From a virus (taxonomy: Duplodnaviria > Caudoviricetes): a DNA stretch of 50,170 nucleotides. The stretch lies in IMG/VR virus record IMGVR_UViG_3300032280_000504, positions 1 through 50,170 of that record, one strand, 5' to 3'. The notes beneath the pieces were generated by a model that saw nothing but the letters and a program-made list of their open reading frames with translations, did not search any database and was not told the DNA's origin. Positions 45,957 through 50,170 of the stretch are shown here, in pieces. Both the position numbers and the translations under genes were made by a program. The first letter of the stretch is position 1; each line of letters starts with the position of its first letter.

Positions 45957-47189
45957 TTATATAAACTTTACTTTCAGCTCATCGGCAGCGTCAAGGGAAG
46001 TTTGAAGCGCTGTCCCTTCAAACGTCACTGGAATTGATCCGGTGTCTGGAACCGTGACGGCAGGTACTTTAAATAGAATTTTCGGCACGAGAACCTGGAG
46101 GTGACGTTTTGCAGCGTCGCCTAAAACGATCGTACAAGCCTGCGCCTCAAACTGCTGGACGGCGTTTAAAAACTTCAGGGTGTTGGCGCCCAGGTTCATC
46201 TCAACCGACACGTCGACCGTGACGCGCGAGCCCGGCGTAAAGATCGGACCAGACAAGGCGTCGGTTCCAAAGCCGTAGTTGTAAAGCTCGTGAGAGTTTT
46301 TAACGTCGATCTTAGCCATGCGAAACGCCTGAGAGCCTCCAAGGCTTGGAATGGTGATCGAGCCTTTAAGGCCTGTCACAGGGTTATCAATCCCAGATTT
46401 CGTGGCCGGCTCGTAGTAGCAAAGGTACACAGGAGAGCTTGAACCATCGGCGTCCGCCAGGTCTGCTCCAGACAGGGTCACCATGTCTCCGGAAACAGCC
46501 GTCACGACGCGAGCAGATCCAGCGGCCGTGTCAGCTGAACGAGTTGAACCGTCAGATTTTAAGATCATAACCATGGAGCCCACGGGGAAAAATTTCCCTT
46601 CACCCGTCTGCACGGTGATGGTCTTTCCAACCGGCGCACTGGTGGACTTACCAATGCCGACCATAATGGCCTCAGCTGCATTGCCAGCCCAGTCACACTT
46701 GGCCTCGCCGTCACCGGGAAAGCTCATGGCGTTAGACTCGACAAAACAACCACGACCTTGCTTCGCCCACTTGTCGCCGATTTCAAAAATGGAGAACGTC
46801 ACATCAGGTGCTGTGCTTGAATCATAGATCAAGCCTGCCGTCGCGTCTTCGGCACCGAGAAGGGATTTGTACAAAAGACGAACCGGCCCATCAACTTCGG
46901 CAGCGTCAGGGTTGGCAAGGGTTTCGTCGATATTGAAGTAAGTGGACAAAGACCACGAGCACTCTTTTTTCTTTTTGATCACGTTATTGGCGTGACGTCC
47001 CGAGCGGTGCGGTGACAGATCAAACGGTTGGCTATGTGAAAGCCCACCGCCACTAAGCGTATAAAGAAAGTCTGTTGCTTGAGGGGCAATCAACTGACCG
47101 CGACTGGCCTCTTGTTTAACGTAAACTGCCTGCTCGATTGCATAGGAATCATTGCTGGACGCGTATAGCGCCGCGTAGTTCTTAGCCAT
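45957..47189 (-). CDS. Major tail tube protein
   Basis: 410 aa, beta-rich; between the tail terminator and chaperone genes; strong GGAGG RBS. Confidence 0.75.
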   Translation of the reverse strand: MAKNYAALYASSNDSYAIEQAVYVKQEASRGQLIAPQATDFLYTLSGGGLSHSQPFDLSPHRSGRHANNVIKKKKECSWSLSTYFNIDETLANPDAAEVDGPVRLLYKSLLGAEDATAGLIYDSSTAPDVTFSIFEIGDKWAKQGRGCFVESNAMSFPGDGEAKCDWAGNAAEAIMVGIGKSTSAPVGKTITVQTGEGKFFPVGSMVMILKSDGSTRSADTAAGSARVVTAVSGDMVTLSGADLADADGSSSPVYLCYYEPATKSGIDNPVTGLKGSITIPSLGGSQAFRMAKIDVKNSHELYNYGFGTDALSGPIFTPGSRVTVDVSVEMNLGANTLKFLNAVQQFEAQACTIVLGDAAKRHLQVLVPKILFKVPAVTVPDTGSIPVTFEGTALQTSLDAADELKVKFI

Positions 47190-47290
47190 GTTCGCCCTCC
47201 TGGCGTTGGTAATATTGTAAGTCGTCCTGACTTCACCGATAGTTTAACTGTGCCCATGGGCGTGCCCCGAACTTTGACACCAGGCCCCCG

Positions 47291-47734
47291 CTAAAGATCC
47301 CTGACCAGGGGCTCGTAGTACTGGCATAAGAGCTCTAGGCGGCAATAATAATAAGGCTCTAATAAATGCAGGTCCGTCGTCGCCGCAAGGTACTGCAAAT
47401 GAATGACCCCAGGAATCGACAGATTTGGGTCTGCAAAAAGAGCCCTTTCGACCGTGTATTGCATGTCCCAGAGGTCTTTTTGGCTGACGTCTCCAAACTC
47501 GTTAGGCTTCATGATGATCTCAAGCCCAAGCCTCCAAGCCTTTTTAGCCCGAGACATTTCATGGGTCACCTGCTCGTCGACGTCGATGATTTGAATAGCC
47601 GGAAGCTCGTGGTCTTGAAAGTCAGACGAGTATAACCGCACGCGGTCAAACGATTTCGTCTTGACGCCTGTCACGCCGTCGAGCTTTGAAAGGATGGCTT
47701 CTGAGATCGCTCTTTTTTTGCTGGTCATCGTCAT
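47291..47734 (-). CDS. Tail terminator / completion protein
   Basis: KRAISEAILSKL...ELPAIQI pattern and gene position. Confidence 0.7.
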   Translation of the reverse strand: MTMTSKKRAISEAILSKLDGVTGVKTKSFDRVRLYSSDFQDHELPAIQIIDVDEQVTHEMSRAKKAWRLGLEIIMKPNEFGDVSQKDLWDMQYTVERALFADPNLSIPGVIHLQYLAATTDLHLLEPYYYCRLELLCQYYEPLVRDL

Positions 47735-48186
47735 TTTTTACCTATCAAGCGAATCTGATCAATGATGAATTCCCTGTTTTTATCGATGGCCGGATTAACA
47801 AACGGCCTGGCCATCATGCGACCCCCTCGGACCACGCCTTTAGATGGCTGCGGTTTTTGGCCGGTCTTTCGCATGTAATAAAACATGGCGCGTTTATTTT
47901 TTTCGGTCCACTCAGAGCCGTACTCATGCCATTTGGCGTAGCCTGCACCGAACACACCAAAGATGATGCCGTTGTCGGCCGGCATATAGGAGATGCTATT
48001 GATGAGGCGGCCCGTGTTGACAATCCGTAGAGCCCGAGCGTTAAGCTTAGCCTGCGTTTTAAGGCGCTCACCAATCAGGTAAAAGGCCCGCTTAAACTCG
48101 GCGCTCCCGGGCTCCCACGCCCGCCACATGCCTTCGAGGCGGTTTAAAATCCTTTGCACGTCGGCTTGGATGGGCCTTTGCGCCAT
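47731..48186 (-). CDS. HK97 gp10-like neck protein
   Basis: VNTGRLINSI, YAKWHEYG and ARPFVNPA motifs. Confidence 0.8.
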   Translation of the reverse strand: MAQRPIQADVQRILNRLEGMWRAWEPGSAEFKRAFYLIGERLKTQAKLNARALRIVNTGRLINSISYMPADNGIIFGVFGAGYAKWHEYGSEWTEKNKRAMFYYMRKTGQKPQPSKGVVRGGRMMARPFVNPAIDKNREFIIDQIRLIGKK

Positions 48187-48188
48187 GG

Positions 48189-48788
48189 CTAGACGTTCCT
48201 AGCGGGGCGGTCTGGAACCGTAAACTCTGTGCGCCTGAAAGGATCAATCATTGACTTGATGATGCCTGGGATGTCTTGCAAGATGGTCGTCGATTCATCT
48301 CCTTTGGAGATCGCCGAGCGGCCAATGCTGCCGGTATTCCTGAAGCGGTAGAGCCACTCGACAAAGAGCAAACAAGCCATTTCAAGGTCAGCCGGCACGG
48401 TGGCGTAGCCTGCCGTATAGATGACCTGCACGTTGCCGTAGCCGTAAGGAAACACCGAATCATAAACCACGGTGCCGTCATCAATGATGCGGTATCGAGT
48501 GGGTTCAATAACGGTGTCTTCGGAAAATTGGCCACTGAGATCAACCGATACGCTTTGAATGGACGTGACAGGCCACTCTTTCAGCATGAGCATATTATTC
48601 ATGCCGCCGTGGACCTTTTCCGTCACCGCACCACTCGTGAGCTGGCGGTTGCAGTAGTTGGCAATTCGGTCCGAGCAGACGTTGATAAACCTCTCCACAC
48701 GCCCATCTTGCGACGTGTCAGAGGCTGGTATACCGAGATGATCCTTGGCCACGGCGACCGAGGTCAAAGCATTCGCGTTTAATGCCAC
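48189..48788 (-). CDS. Head-tail connector/adaptor
   Basis: LTSVAVAKDHLGI, IANYCNR, WPVTSIQSV and YTAGYATVPADLEMA motifs. Confidence 0.85.
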   Translation of the reverse strand: MALNANALTSVAVAKDHLGIPASDTSQDGRVERFINVCSDRIANYCNRQLTSGAVTEKVHGGMNNMLMLKEWPVTSIQSVSVDLSGQFSEDTVIEPTRYRIIDDGTVVYDSVFPYGYGNVQVIYTAGYATVPADLEMACLLFVEWLYRFRNTGSIGRSAISKGDESTTILQDIPGIIKSMIDPFRRTEFTVPDRPARNV

Positions 48789-48800
48789 GGCAAGTCCGCC

Positions 48801-49022
48801 TTATTTTTTTGCGACCATTTTTAAAAGCTTGTCGTCTGCCACCAACTCAAGAACGCCCTTGTACTGGCTTAAAAGCTTGTAGCCAAGGTCATCGTCGACC
48901 GTGACGACTTCGCCGACGGTCAAGTGTTTGGTGTAGAGGTGATCATTGTCAGCGCCATGCTCGCATTGAAGAACGACGTGATCTTGTCCTGGCCAAGCGG
49001 CCTTTGCAAATTTGATTTTCAT
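48801..49022 (-). CDS. Small hypothetical virion-module protein
   Basis: GGAGG RBS; precedes the adaptor gene. Confidence 0.6.
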   Translation of the reverse strand: MKIKFAKAAWPGQDHVVLQCEHGADNDHLYTKHLTVGEVVTVDDDLGYKLLSQYKGVLELVADDKLLKMVAKK

Positions 49023-49168
49023 GTGGTGTTTCCTCCCTGAAACTTAGGCGCTCGATCCATGAGCGACCCATGAAATATGGTTACCATGCTTTTGATTTTT
49101 TATGATCATGGCCATTAATTCAAGATCAATTTGACAAATAAAACGGCGAGGCCACTTGAAAATGCAAA

Positions 49169-49235
49169 CGGGAGCCATGCATTGGCCCCCGTAAGCTTTG
49201 GATTTTTTTAGATGGCAGGGAGCCCGAAAGCTCCC
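49169..49235 (-). terminator. Two hairpins after the fibre-like gene
   Basis: gggagc-ccgaaa-gctccc (49218-49235) and cgggagcca/tggcccccg (49169-49191). Confidence 0.55.
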
Positions 49236-49249
49236 AACCAGGTTAAAGA

Positions 49250-50086
49250 TTATTGTCCATCAACAGTTAAAGCTGGAAGATTCACATATTTATCTGCATC
49301 AACTAAACCGCTTCTCAGCAGTTCAATTTTACAGAGCAGCTCGTTTCCAGTCGCACCGTAAGCTGGTCGCGTTATTCCATAAACCCACAGCCCACCATAA
49401 TTTGGAGAAGGTATAGTTGCTTGTTCAACAAATCCCTGACCAGTTATAAATCGATAGACCTTCATCTCTTCGATATCATTATGGCTACCGTTCCATTCAA
49501 TATATAAATCAACAGTTGATGGCTCACCAATTCCATCCTGGAGATTGTAGAACCTTACATCACCAATAGTATAAGTGTGCGGTGTGTTATCTACTCCGCC
49601 ACCTGTTCCACCGCCGCCAGACTGTCCAGCCGCTGCGTTAACCAAGTATTGACAGTAGACTTTGTCGCCTTCAGCCAGTGGGTTTAGACCACCAGAAGCA
49701 AGATCACCTGCGAAGGTCAAACGAGTCACGCTGCCTTGAGTGCTGAGCGTATAAGACTCGCCCTCATGGTGAACGATACCGCCTGTGATAACCATCATCG
49801 TATTGTCGAGAGCCAATCCAGCCATGTCGACGTAAGCCAGGTCGCCTGCGCCTAATGTCTTCACTTCCTTGCGACCTTCAATGTGCGGCGCTGCTTCGAT
49901 CGAGTCGAGTCGAGCGTCTAGAGCTACGTCTGCTGCTTCTCTTGCAGATTGTTCTTGTGCAAGTGCAGCTTCAAGGGCATCTACTTCGCTTTGCAAAGCA
50001 GAATCACCGGCTTGACGATCAGTAACTTCTTGTAAAAGGCTTTCATTAACTGCACTAATCGTGCCCATTAAAGATGTAGCGGTCGT
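49250..50086 (-). CDS. 3' part of the origin-spanning fibre-like protein: coiled coil, beta domain, Gly linker, terminal domain
   Basis: In frame with 1..1530 across the circular junction; QEVxDRQ repeats continue; SGGGGTGGG linker. Confidence 0.85.
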   Translation of the reverse strand, partial: TTATSLMGTISAVNESLLQEVTDRQAGDSALQSEVDALEAALAQEQSAREAADVALDARLDSIEAAPHIEGRKEVKTLGAGDLAYVDMAGLALDNTMMVITGGIVHHEGESYTLSTQGSVTRLTFAGDLASGGLNPLAEGDKVYCQYLVNAAAGQSGGGGTGGGVDNTPHTYTIGDVRFYNLQDGIGEPSTVDLYIEWNGSHNDIEEMKVYRFITGQGFVEQATIPSPNYGGLWVYGITRPAYGATGNELLCKIELLRSGLVDADKYVNLPALTVDGQ

Positions 50087-50170
50087 GGTGATTTCTTGGC
50101 CGATTGTAACCGCTAATGAATCAACCGCAGATTGTCTATCAGAAACTTCCTGATTTAGTCTTTGATCAAA
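50087..50170. repeat. Terminal direct repeat, copy 2
   Basis: Identical to 1-84. Confidence 0.97.

Noticed and set aside
11749-49137. Shared late-promoter motif TGTCAAA upstream of genes starting at 11723, 47189 and 49022
   Set aside because: Only three short matches with inconsistent downstream -10 elements; not distinguishable from chance without motif statistics.

Overview
The window is a complete, circularly assembled temperate dsDNA tailed phage genome of 50,086 bp; bases 1-84 are repeated at 50087-50170. Most genes are on the minus strand. They include an HK97-type head module (TerS, TerL, portal fused to a MuF-like domain, prohead protease, major capsid), a long repeat-rich fibre-like gene that crosses the contig origin, and a siphovirus-like tail module with a -1 frameshift chaperone. 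Lysis genes and a replication/recombination block (iteron-containing initiator, DnaB, SSB, ERF, Gp157) are also present. An XRE repressor and a tyrosine integrase lie beside an intact attP whose core is the 3' part of a tRNA-Leu(TAA). The accessory region at about 26.0-33.5 kb is the most unusual part. It holds three repeated divergent cassettes with sigma28/FliA-like promoters and four paralogous ribbon-helix-helix-like regulators. It also contains a ~500-nt highly base-paired non-coding region with its own sigma70 promoter, a ~50-nt element in three copies, a lipoprotein moron and a secreted papain-like protease. A motile Gram-negative host, possibly Bdellovibrionota/Oligoflexia, is inferred but not proven. 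All family calls come from reading motifs by eye; no database searches or folding programs were run.
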